From Macrostomum lignano (taxonomy: Eukaryota), in the NCBI GenBank assembly GCA_002269645.1, contig NIVC01003575.1:26236-90235 (forward strand): 64,000 nt of DNA, given 5' to 3'. A program made the translations under genes and the position numbers. The notes under the pieces were generated by a model, which was not told the origin of the DNA, searched no databases, and saw nothing but the letters and a program-made list of their open reading frames with translations. Positions 48,931 to 61,547 of this stretch are shown piece after piece; the stretch's first letter is position 1, and each line of letters starts with the position of its first letter.

Positions 48931-49072
48931 GGAATCTCGGCTCTCTCTTCGATCTCATCTCCCCTTCCCTCTCTCCTCTTCCTATTTCTCTTTGGTCTAC
49001 TATAGTCTATCTCTCTTTTGCCGTCCTCTCTACCCCTTCCTCTCTCCCTCACACCTCCCCTCTCTCTATTCT

Positions 49073-49110
<38 letters not shown>

Positions 49111-50274
49111 CAACTCCAATAAAAAAGTTGCTCACTTGACTATTCGAACAACAATTCCAACAATCGAACTGATGAATTACCGGCTGCTCGAATTTCACTA
49201 TATTATTAATTCTTTCCGTTTGAATTTTTTAGCTGGTCATGCGAAACAGGTGAGATAGAAAAAAACGCCGGTACGGGTCGGGTGTCTGCAATGGGAATGC
49301 ATAGAAAGTCGCTCAGCCGAGAAGATTTTGAGACGGTAAAGGGACCATTTGAAAGATTTTCCCGCTGAGCTAATGAGAATCCAATCTCCTAATAAGGGCT
49401 GCCTGTGAGAACCATTGCCATAGGAAACGGAGACTGGAAGATTGCTCCCGTCAATAATGGGATAAATATACGCGATCTAATTATTTAATAAAGGACGTTG
49501 AAATTTTGGCTAACAGTTTTGACGCAGTTGCTATCCGAGCAGGTATCATATTGCTCGCTGAATTAGCTGACAATGAGTGACCAACCTTTGAGTCTTATAC
49601 TCTGGAGTCCATAGAGTCAAGCAGACAGGTGATCCGGACACAGTAGCGAAGAAGTGTTTAGTTGCAGAGTCTTGCTTGGCCAATCTCTACTTCCGCCGTG
49701 CGGTGGGTCCATCCATGCAGCCTTAGCAACATAAGCAGCAATATAGAGAGTATTTAGCAACAGCGTGTCTCATTGAATTAATCAGAGCATGTTTGAACTC
49801 GCTTGTACAGGCGGAACAAAGACCGTGGCTACACCTGGCTTATCCGTAGCTTAGCTACGGATCAACATATCGACGGATCGACTAGATCAACATATTGAAA
49901 GCTGGAATATGGTGCCGCCAGAGGCTGTCAGTGTTGATTTATCCGCCCGAATCACATTCTATTCACTGCCCTGACTGTGACGCCACCGTTGCAGATAAAG
50001 ATTTGCACATTGCACAATCGTTATGCGCCGGATTGTCAATCTCTTGTTGGCTTCGCTCTTTGTTTACACGTTAGTTGGAGCAACAAAGACTTTAGTCTGT
50101 ATGACAGTCTCTGCTTCCTGACTGTATTGATAGTATTCAACTGAAAATTTCTCTCGTGCAAAATTGTCTTCTTTTTAAATCTGCCAAATTGTTACTTGCA
50201 TTTTTCTTATCGTTTTATCTTATGAGCATTGAGTAAGGACTTGAAATTTTAAACTTTTGGTAGTTTGCAGAGTC

Positions 50275-51055
50275 ACTGAAGCATCCAAGGGTGGGGCTAT
50301 AGAGGCCACCACTGAAGCATCGGAGGATGGGGCTATAGAGGCTGACACAGAAGCACCGGAGGGTGGGACTATAGGGGCCACCATTGAAGCATCGGAGGGT
50401 GGGGCTTGCAGCGCCACTGAAGCATCGGAGGGTGAGGCTTGCAGCGCCACTGAAGCATCGGAGGGTGGGGCTTGCAGCGCCACTGAAGCATCGGAGGGTG
50501 GGGTTATAGAGGCCGCCACTGAAGCATCGGAGGGTGGGGTTATAGAGGCCGCCACTGAAGCATCGGAGGGTGGGGCTTGCAGCGCCACTGAAGCATCGGA
50601 GGGTGGGGCTATAGAGGCCGCCACTGAAGCATCGGAGGGTGGGGCTATAGAGGCCGCCACTGAAGCATCGGAGGGTGGGGTTATAGAGGCCGCCACTGAA
50701 GCATCGGAGGGTGGGGCTTGCAGCGCCACTGAAGCATCGGAGGGTGGGGCTATAGAGGCCGCCACTGAAGCATCGGAGGGTGAGGCTTGCAGCGCCACTG
50801 AAGCATCGGAGGGTGGGGCTATGGAGGCCGCCACTGAATCATCGGAGGGTGGGGCTATAGAGGCCGCAACTGAAGCATCGGAGGGTGGGGCTTGCAGCGC
50901 CACTGAAGCATCGGAGGGTGAGGCTTGCAGCGCCACTGAAGCATCGGAGGGTGAGGCTTGCAGCGCCACTGAAGCATCGGAGGGTGGGGCTTGCAGCGCC
51001 ACTGAAGCATCGGAGGGTGGGGCTTGCAGCGCCACTGAAGCATCGGAGGGTGGGG
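50275..51055. repeat. 33/36-bp minisatellite, open on both strands
   Basis: GAAGCATCGGAGGGTGGGGC(TTGCAGCG|TATAGAGGCCG)CCACT. Confidence 0.95.
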
Positions 51056-52789
51056 GTCCTATTTTCAGCTGTCATATGCAGCCTCACTGTCTGCACCTTA
51101 TTATGTTTAAAGTAAGCTATGCTTTTTTATCTAGGAATATTTGGCACTGTGCCAAGCCTTTCCACTGCAGAATTGCAGCCATCAGTTCACTGACCCGTGC
51201 CAGAGTTGCAGTGAAAGAAGATTATTATCTTCTGTGAAAGATGGCTATTCGTGACTATTCGAACACGGAACGGTTCAGTCAAAATTTGTCTCTGGGTGCT
51301 CGAGGGTGATGAGATGGGGATGAATTTCATATTTAATTGTTCTCTAGTGGACCGGGAGGCACAGGTACAGTAATTAAGTTAGAGTTATAATTGCTTGATT
51401 TGGTCTCCTTGTACCTCTAAATATATCGTCAATTTATAGCCCATTGCATGCTCAAAGCCCTATGTATTCCGCCTGGACTAGCAGGTAATGTCTAGGCATG
51501 GACAAGCCCCTAGGGAGGGATCTCTAGGGAGGGTCCAGCATTTACAAGAAGGCCATCTTTTCCACTAGTGACCCGCATTTCTGTTCCATTTAGCTGCTGG
51601 CTTCTTCAATAAGACTTCTTCAACTCAAGTGCTGAACGAATTGCATGTACAATGTGCACGAACATGGTTCAACTTTGGCTGTCCCCTTACAACTCATAGT
51701 TGAAATGGGAAATCTATGACATTAATTAATTTAGTGTTGTAAACACTGACCCTAGCAACGCTTAAAATTAGAAAACTTTGATGTTATCTTAGTGCTGACA
51801 GAATTTCTCGATGGGAATGAGTATAAACATTCTCTGCTTTTGTCTCCATAAGCGTCGGAACGGGAGGGGCCAGGGGGGGGCATCGCTTTTACTCACATTT
51901 TATCGCTCAATTCCCTAAGGTTTTCTCTTCTCACAGAGCCCAATAGCTTATTGCGCAATCAAAATTCAGCCCTAAAATGCATTTTAGAGCTATAGGCTGT
52001 AGTGTTGGTGGCGACAATGGCCTGCCTGTACAGGAAGCCAAATGCAATCAACAGATTTCCCCATTTATAGCTATAGCTAGGTGAGAATCGCTCAACCCGA
52101 GCCTTCGGTATCGGCATTGACCTATAGCTTGTATTCGAGCTGGCCGCTAAAACTTTATTGAGACTTTTCACAACATGTGTCACGCCTGTTTTGTTATCTA
52201 GCCCGAGTTTGTATTGTATAAGAGTTTCCCAAGTCAATAGGCTCTAAGTCCCCTATATAGTACGACCCTACCTTGTACAGGTAGGCCTGCCATTAGCGCC
52301 ATTTGTTTACCTTTGTTTCAGACATCTGCAGCTGCTATTCTTAAATCTGGTATCAAGGATCTTTTCAACAATTATTTGGTCACATATGCTAATACGAGTT
52401 TTTATTATGCATTACCTTTAGCAGGGAACTAATCGTGTTTTTATAGGCTTTTAACTGTACCTTAATCTGCATCAGATGAGGCGCGTACGCAGAGGGGGGC
52501 ATCGGAGGGTTGATCAAGCGTTAAAATATTCTGCATTTGCATAATTAAAAAAGTTTGGCTGACAAAAACAATCTAAAAAATGCGCGCTCTCACAGCAGGG
52601 CGTTCGCCCACCTGTCCGGCCTCGCGATTCAATTCGAAAATATCGCAGACTTCTGCCGGCTGATATTTTTGCCAATGTTGACAATATTGACAATGAGATG
52701 GAGCCTCCATTAGCTTTGAGTGAAGTGCTTTAGTTAAAGTGCTTTACACATGATATCATTAATATGCGCACAAATGATATCCCTCTTGT

Positions 52790-53215
52790 CCTACTGTCCT
52801 TCTGTCCCCTCTATCTCTCTTCTCCCCCCTCTGCCTCTCTTCTGCCCCCTCTGCCTCTCTTCTGCCACCTGTGCCTCTCTTCTGCCCCCTCTGCCTCTCT
52901 TCTGCCCCCCTCTGCCTCTCTTCCGCCACCTGTGCCTCTCTTCTGCCCCCCTCTGCCTCTCTTCTGCCCCTCTGCAACCTCCCGCCTCTGGCCCTCTGCC
53001 CCCCTCCGCCCTGTCTATAGATTCCCTCCAGATGCGTCTGCGTAACTGTCTATAGATTCTCTCCTCTGCCCCCCTCTGGCCCTCTGTCCCCTCTGCCCCC
53101 TCTGGTCCTCTGTCCCCTCTGCCCCTCTGCCCCCTCTGTCCCTCTGGCCCTCTGCCCCCTCTGCCCCCTCCGCCCCTCTGCCCCCTCTGCCACTTTGCCC
53201 CTTCTGCCCCCCCCC
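52790..53215. repeat. CT-rich low-complexity repeat
   Basis: CTCTGCCCCC / CTCTGCCTCTCTT units. Confidence 0.85.
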
Positions 53216-53520
53216 TATTGCACAGCACAGGTAAATACATAATGCGGGCAGAACATTATGGCAACGGAAGCAAATCTGGGAGCAGCGATTAAACAAAATT
53301 ACATGGCAATAAATACTTCTTGACATTCGATCGAAAGATCCCGAGTAAAAAATCTAAATAAGATTTTAAAAGAAATTTCAGCTAATAAATAAACTTTTTG
53401 GAACGTTTGAAAAAGTTTGTAGTACTACTTTTTATTTGTATAAACTTTACTAGCTTTGTTAGTAGTATTGACGTAAAGACCTTCACTTTCGTCTCTACTA
53501 CAGAGATGGACTGTAAAAAA

Positions 53521-54466
53521 TTGATCCAAGTGACACTCAGTGACCCGCAAATTGATCCAAGTGACTCTCAGTGACCCGCATCGATCCAAGTGACTCTCAG
53601 TGACCCGCATCCATCCAAGTGTCTCTCAATGACCTGCAAATTGATCCAAGTGACTCTCAATGACCCGCAAATTGATCCAAGTGACACTCAGTGACCCGCA
53701 AATTGATCCAAGTGTCTCTCAATGACCCGCATCGATCCAAGTGACTCTCAGTGACCCGCAAATTGATCCAAGTGTCTCTCAATGACCCACATCGATCCAA
53801 GTGACTCTCAGTGACCCGCAAATTGATCCAAGTGACACTCAGTGACCCGCAAATTGATCCAAGTGACTCACAGTGACCCGCATTGATCCAAGTGACTCTC
53901 AATGACCCGCATCGATCCAAGTGACTCTCAGTGACCCGCATTGATCCAAGTGACTCTCAGTGACCCGCAAATTGATCCAAGTGACTCACAATGACCCGCA
54001 TTGATCCAAGTGACTCACAATGACCCGCATTGATCCAAGTGACTCTCAGTGACCCGCATTGATCCAAGTGACTCTCAGTGACCCGCAAATTGATCCAAGT
54101 GACTCACAATGACCCGCATTGATCCAAGTGACTCACAATGACCCGCATTGATCCAAGTGACTCTCAATGACCCGCATCGATCCAAGTGACTCTCAGTGAC
54201 CCGCAAATTGATCCAAGTGACTCTCAGTGACCCGCAAATTGATGCAAGTGACTCTCAATGACCCGCAAATTGATCCAAGTGACTATCAATGACCCGCATC
54301 AATCCAAGTGACTCTCAGTGACCCGCAAATTGATCCAAGTGACTCTCAGTGACCCGCAAATTGATCCAAGTGACTCTCAGTGACCCGCAAATTGATGCAA
54401 GTGACTCACAGTGACCCGCATTGATCCAAGTGACTCTCAGTGACCCGCATCAATCCAAGTGACTTT
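53521..54466. repeat. 29/31-bp minisatellite
   Basis: Unit GATCCAAGTGACTCTCAGTGACCCGCA(AA)TT. Confidence 0.95.
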
Positions 54467-54716
54467 CTTTTGAAGTAAATCAAGTACTTTTGGCGCTTTG
54501 CACTTTTTCTGCCTATTCATAAGAGTTTACACCGGCCAGACAGAATAATCGTGCAATTGACACGCCTTCAAACTACACCAGCTTATAGTAGAAGGCTGTA
54601 CTCGACATGCTATACATGTAGAAGAGCAATCACGACTAAATCAATGAAGTGCTAAACACCTCGGACCTTGGCGGCGACAACCGATTCGCGTGTTCGTCAA
54701 GCGCTTGACGGCCAAG

Positions 54717-57700
54717 ATGGAGCAGCGTGCATGGCCTGCATCAGAGCCCGGACATGGTAAGGGCGAATCTGACCCCTGTCAACCGTTTGAACTTCAGCGC
54801 CATCTATTGACCCTTTTCAAGATTGACAGGCGCCAGCGGAACTGACTTCCATTGCTGATTCCCTGCGCTAGAAAAAAGTTAAGCTACATCAATTATAGCC
54901 ACTCTACGTTTCAACCCCGTGAACTACTGTACATGTGTATTCCGGAAGTCCGGACTGTTATTGTATCTGACCGGCGACCTTCTAAAACTTCCTCGCAAAC
55001 AGCACTTAGCTTAATTTCTTTATTGGGGAAATTTAAATTCTGTGCACATAAAATTACATGTAAATTCCTTCCCGATTCCCGAATTCTAGTATAATGTACT
55101 AAATGAAATTGTCTTAAAATCCATGACCGAGCACTATATCTTGCTTCACTCTTTTGTTTGCGAAGTCGAGATCGACTGTAGCCTGTAGCCGAAACGAGAT
55201 TTTGAGAAGGCCCATTTTGCTGATTGAGACTTCATTAGATTCCTTTAATCGCTACCATATCCTCAAATTCGAATGGAATCCTTTATGTTTTCGAGGATCT
55301 TGGTCTTTGGTCTAGATGGGAACAATTAAAAGCCCATGGGGACTCATACAAGCCAGTAAACTAAATCTAGACGGCAGTATACCTACAATGTACCTGTACG
55401 TATGTACGTATGCAAATATACGTATGTAAATATACTACTACATTTGTACTGTACATTTGCATGCAACAATTGCTTGTGCATGTGTACGACAAAATGCTTT
55501 AGTAAAAAAGTCATCCTTACTGCTTAGCACATATATTTAGATATGCTTTTTGACATGTTTAAAGGCGTTTGGATTGATGTTTTTAGGCTTGATAATAAAG
55601 CCGAATTGCGACTGGGTAGTCTTGCGATTACACTGTATGAATACTTGTACTTTTACGAGCAATTGTACTTTTAATTTGACTCCGCCGGGGCGCGCTGCAC
55701 CACTCTGACTGACACCTTTCTCACTGACTTGCAGGCTCTGGGCCTTACCCCTCAGTCTGCAGCTAGGCTGGACTCAGCTTGTTTTCCACCAACGGGTGCT
55801 TCGCTGACCCCTGAGCCAGCGTCTGTTTAATAATAATAACAATAATAAGTGTTAATGCTTTCTGTTCGGGCGAAACCTTGAAAAGCATGCAAGCTCAATG
55901 TCTAAAAGTAAAAAATCCTTAAAGTATTTATCTTAAAAAGATTATTAGATCCTTTTTCAGCATCTAAAAACTTTTTCACTTTGTTTTGTTCAGTTGTTAC
56001 AAAAATTGAATGCTAATTTTAAATAAACTGACTGGAGTGTGTTTTCAACTGATCACGGGGGCGCGCACGTATTTACAAAATTGAAAGAAGCAAAAAGTTT
56101 TTTGTTGTCGTGTCGGGTTGGCTAGGATGACTCCAGTCAGTTCCAGTTCCAATTCCAATACCAGAGTGGCCTGGCGGGATGAATTTGCCTCGTAATTCGA
56201 GTTGAGACAAACCAGAAAGTTGTTTAATTTTTAATTATCAACTTTCTTTTTTGTTTCCAATTTGTGTGCTGGGCTTCTGATTCACTTAACTGCATGTTTT
56301 TATCTTAAAGTTTAGCCTTTATTATTAAGATAATGCTTCTTCGTGCTTTTAGTCCTGTGGCAAAGTTATTGTGCTTTAATTCGTGATAGGCCTAGTGAAG
56401 AGTAGTGATAGTTGACTTGTCTGACATCTGACTCTTGTCTTGACTATTTTCTTGACTGGATTTAGGTTAGCAATAAAAGTGAGTCCTTGACATTAGCCTA
56501 GTTAGTACTAGTAGTAAGTTAGTAGTACTCAAGAAAGTTAATCATGGAAGAAGTATGGCTACATTTAAGAATATATCTAAATATACTAATCCTTATACTA
56601 AAAGTGGTGCGATGTTTGTCTGTCTGTCTGTCTGTATGTAGCAAGTGAACTCCTACAATACTGCCAAGTCAGCGTCGAAACTTATATGGGAAAACTGCAA
56701 ATTTAATTTAGAATTTTTTAGGCCTAATAAAGTGCCTTTTTTCTCTGACTTCATCATTTTATTTATTTTAAATTAAAATATAGCTTTTGTCCTATACTAG
56801 GCCTATACCTAGGCGGCTAGGCCCCATAGGGCTTTACTTTGTCTTTTATAATAATTGCATTATAGTCACTGATGTTGTGCTAATGGTTTACTACATATTT
56901 AGGCCCTTATTAAATTCTTTACTTGGCTATCCTGTAGTTTCGCACGTTAAATTATTACCCCCACCCCCACCACCCTTGAATAGAAGGCGAAATAATTCCG
57001 TAAAATAATTTAACGTGCGAAACTACAGGATAGCCCTTTATATTATCAATGTTGTAATAGTACTAATACTTCTATTTCAAAGCTGATAAGTATTAAGTGA
57101 TACTAAGTTATAATAAGGGTTTTATTGTTTTACTTTGTAATAGGGGTAAGTTTTCTTTCTATAAATTCACTGAAGCCACCTATAGTCAGCAAAGTGGCCT
57201 ATAGGCCTACAATAGATTTCTTTGGTGTACATTGCTATGTTATACTTGGCTTGGTATATAGTCTCACATATAATAAAAGTATGGGTAACAAACTTAGCAT
57301 GGTATATATACTAGTGATATGAGTGTAAATTTTTACTTCACTTACGTGCTTTATATGTGAGTATAATTTTAACCAAATATAATTTTAACAAAAGTAAGAA
57401 TAGGCCTAGTAATATAAAAAGTTGAAAATGTTATTATTTTGTTTGAATAATTTTGAAAACATTGTTTATTATTACAAAACTTCCCTAAACTAAAATTTCA
57501 ATTAGTATGGAATACAATAAATAAATCATTTGTTTTTTAAAAGAGACTAGGGCCAATATATATTTTTTAAATAAATGTTTCTTTTCATTTTTCTTTATAT
57601 GATCTAGTGTATTCAGCTAAGTTTATTTTATTAGTTATCATTGCAATTTTGCTACGCTATTTTATTAATAAATTGTATTTTATCTGTCTTTCTATCTCTC

Positions 57701-57722
57701 TGTAGGAATTATGCCTCCTGAG
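54717..57722 (+). CDS. Candidate first exons of an unidentified + strand gene
   Basis: CpG-rich island with caagATGG start and a CATG|gtaagg donor (54717-54756). A strong acceptor tctttctatctctctgtag|GAATTATGCCTCCTGAG|gtgatt (57706-57722) is phase-compatible and gives MEQRAWPASEPGHGIMPPE. No homology is recognised. Confidence 0.25.
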
Positions 57723-59793
57723 GTGATTGGCGCTAGTCCCAGAGTGCCAAAAGGTTGTCTAGTAGAGTTATTTGCACCCTTTTCTCTAAAACTGAATCTT
57801 TAGTACTAGACAATATAACTCAGAAAATTTTAAGACACAGTTGTTAAGTTAAACAACTTCTTTTTAGAAAATACTTTTTAGGGAAAATTTTGACAGGCTA
57901 CACTTACATTTGTTGGTATATAATTAGCTATCCCCAAAAATCATTCCGGTGTATACCTGCCATCTTCTTGACTATGGGATGCCACTAGTTATAACAGTTC
58001 TTTTTAGTTCTCTTAAATATCCACTTCTAACACCAATTGTAATAGGGATATTATCCTATCTTTAGAATTTCATAGCTATCCTTAAAGTTATAATAGGGCT
58101 TTTTAAATAACCATTGTTCATTTGTTTCTATGAATTTGATAATTTAAAGTATATCACATTTCTGATAATGGTCCAATATATTATAGTAATAGGGCCCATT
58201 CTATAAAGCCATTGTAAGATAAGATCATTCTTAGATCCTATCTCTGCAATGTAAAAGTTCCGACATACAATTGAACTTATGCTACAATAGCTTTATATTA
58301 TAGTACAACCCCATAGTCTTATGACCTAAGCAGTTTTTTATAAGTACTAGTTTCTAATCTAGATATTACTGAGATTAGAGGTTATGCTACTACTCTTGAT
58401 ATATCTTTGCATAGACTTTTCTAACTCTTAACTCTCTTAATACATCTCTTAGCACTATTAGTAGGATTTGCTCTAAAACAAACAACAACTTTTTCAAACC
58501 CTAATTGGCTTGCACTTCTCTTATGATCTTGGCTAGCTTTCTGCCTCCTATGTAGGAAAGCAGCTTGCAATTTTGTTTTTCTGAGACTCTAGATGCTACA
58601 ATTAAGTCATCAAATCTATTTGACCAGACTGCTTACTGCTTGCTTAAGTCTTAAAAGTTATTTGATGAATTGAATAGCTTGGGTGATGGTAGAAAAATAA
58701 AGTTTGCCATTGTGCTTGTCTGTCCAATGACTTGCAATGCCTATGTAGACAAGTCAATACTGCAATATAGTGTTAGACAGACATGAAAAAAACTCAAATG
58801 GCCACTTGGACTTAGTAGGGCCAATTTATATATTTGGCTATGACTAGGGATTGACTATGACCACAGTCATAATCACAAAAACTGGGTATTGGAATAAAGT
58901 ATTGGAATTAAGGTATTGCTGATACTTAAGTTTTGATATTGGACTTTCAGGTATTGGCAATACTTTTTTCAGAAAGAGTATCAGAGTATTGGTTTTCACC
59001 AATACTTTTTTGAATATTTTGGCCAACACTGGGTGTGGCGCAGCGTTGCAAAGCAGTGGAGGCAATGGGAGGCTAAGAAGAGTGAATTGCTCCTCCTGTC
59101 CATCATACTATTGTGGCACAATCCCTATTGGAATAAATGTTGAAAACCTATGGATGCACGCTTCAGAAGAGTCAAATTATTTTATTGTGCTTGAGGATTA
59201 TTAGAGATGTTCCAAAAAAGCATTTTATTTTTCTGTCAAAATCAAAATTTGCTAACTTTCCAAAATTGAAATTGAAATTTTCTGAAATCAATTTCAGAAA
59301 AACAAAGTTTAGTATGACCAACATTGACTTTTTTACTTTTGATTTACTGTTTATACAAAACAAAATACATGTATAGATAGTAGAAATTAGTTTATTTTTA
59401 GCCACTTTTTTAGACACCTCTAAAATTTTGACTTTTGAATTTTTTTAAATCAAAATTTGTTCCTAAAAATTCAAAATTTTGGAAAATCAAAATTGAAATT
59501 TTGGAACATCTCTAAGCATGATAAATTACAAGTGTATAGGCCCCTTCCACAAAGGTATTAGACCCCCTTCCATGTCTATTTATTTGCTAGTGCAGCAGCC
59601 AGTAGGAAAGAGCAGCGCGTGCGCAAGTGCAGGCGCTATATGCCTAATGCTTGTGTTGCACTTTAGAAAATTTTCCTATCTAAGTAAGTTTTGCCTATAG
59701 GGGCGCAATTAGGGTAGGCATCCAGCATACCTAAGCCATGTATTGCAATAAGATCAGAAAGTGTTATATGAATCTAGTCAATTTCCTTTATTA

Positions 59794-61547
59794 CAAGGGG
59801 TGTCCAAAAAGTCTTAGGACTTTCTAGCATCACTCTTTTAATAGTCAGCAAGAGTAATAGCAACAGATTTATTTTATAGTGGCTTTACTTAAAAATAATG
59901 CAGTGAAAGAATTTTTAAAATACCACTAACTTTTCAAAAGTTATGCCTCCTTAACTGTAATGGGGTACTGCATCTCAATACATGAACAGGAACTTGGATG
60001 CTGCATATGGAGCACTAGAAAATAGTAAGTCAGTTGTCTTTCAAAAATGTTCAAATGTATTCCTCAGTGGCAACTGAGACCTCAACATAGTCACCCTTCA
60101 GTTGGATGCATTTCTTCCACCAGGTAAGCATGTTATCAATGACATCTGCATACGCCTACCTTGGCATTTTGTGGACAAGAACCCATTGCACTTCCTGCTC
60201 AAGAACAGTCATGGTTGGCATGAACTCTGCCCCTTAGAAGCTGCTTGAGTTTTGGAAAGATGGCAAAATCAGCTGGTATAGCAAATATGGTATATGAGGT
60301 AGGAGGTTGAATTGGATTTTGTTGTTTGCTTCGACCATCTTTTATGCAGTGTGGGGCTAAGCATTGTCATAATGGAGGAGCATTGGCTTTGTTGGAGTTC
60401 TCCGCTTGTTTGGGATATCCTTCTTCTGCTTCTTCAGCAAATTAATGTAATGGTCAGAATTGACAGTGGCATTTGGCTCCAGGAAGTCAATTGTCAGTGG
60501 CCTATGACAGTCAAAAAAGAGCAACAGCATCACTTTCTGGCAATGGGTCTCACGTCAAGCCTTGGTGAAGGGATCAGTACCTTTCATTGTCCACACCTTA
60601 GACTCCTCCTTGGTCAAAGGGTCAAAGTGACCACCAGAGAATGGTAGATCCCCATCCTCCATGCTGATCAACCAGTGTCAGATTGCCTTGATAGGTCTGC
60701 TCTTGCTGCATCTTCATGTTAGGGGTGAGAATCCTCAGAACCCATCAAGCACTCAGTTTGATGAGATCCATGTTTTGCATGCAGAGATAGACAGTTGACT
60801 TTGGTATATCCAACTGGTCAGCAATCTCACAGATTGTCAATTGAGCATCAGTTTCAATGAGGTCTAGGATTTGATCTCCCAGAGTTTTGGAGGCAGATGC
60901 AGGAGATCATCCAGTTCTTGGCAAATCAGCCACATCTGTATGCCCAGCTTCAAACTCTTCAATCTAGCAGTACACTGTGCTCCTGGATACTGCTTCAGGC
61001 CCATGAATTGTGCTCAGCTGTGTCAGAATTTCAGCACCATTCAACCTCATATGCCAAAGGGTATAGGCCAAGCAATGCTATGTTGTCTTTGAGTGGATAT
61101 CCATGATCCACAGATTGGGAAGAAATTTTGATAAACACTTGGCAACAAAGGCTTCAGCTGCATCTCAAAATGAGTCTCTTTCAAGGGCTGTTTTAGAGTG
61201 CAATACAAGTAGAAGCAAATGAAACTTTTACTCGTACCATAGATATAGAAAGACAGTGATGATATGGCATATGCTAAAGATTTTTTTGCACAAGTTTGAA
61301 TTTTGTTAATTTCTATGAGATTTCAAAATTGTAGTTTAGTTCTAGTTCCTGTTCATGTATTAAGATGCAGTACCCCACTGCAATTAAGGAGGCATAACTT
61401 TTACAAAAGAAAGTAGTATTTTCAAAATTCTTTCATTGTGTTATTTGTAAGTAAAGCCGCTTTGAAATAAATCAGTTGCTATTGCTCTTGCTAACTGCTA
61501 AAAAGAGTGATGTGAGAAAATCCTAAGACTTTTTGGATAACCCCCTG
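59794..61547 (-). mobile_element. Decayed mariner (Tc1/mariner) DNA transposon with ~200-bp TIRs and TA target duplication
   Basis: TIRs at 59794-59994 and 61344-61547, with TA at 59792-93 and 61548-49. The minus-strand transposase relic has in-frame stops: LSA*WVLRILT (WVPRLL motif), KVMLLLFFD, TVNSDHY, LLHYDNA*PH, LPHIPY, FAIFPKLK, WWKKCIQLKGDYVE. Confidence 0.9.

Noticed and set aside
49842-49862. Perfect hairpin ATCCGTAGCT-T-AGCTACGGAT as a Helitron 3' end
   Set aside because: The downstream CTAG is followed by A rather than T, and no 5' TC end or helicase relic was found.
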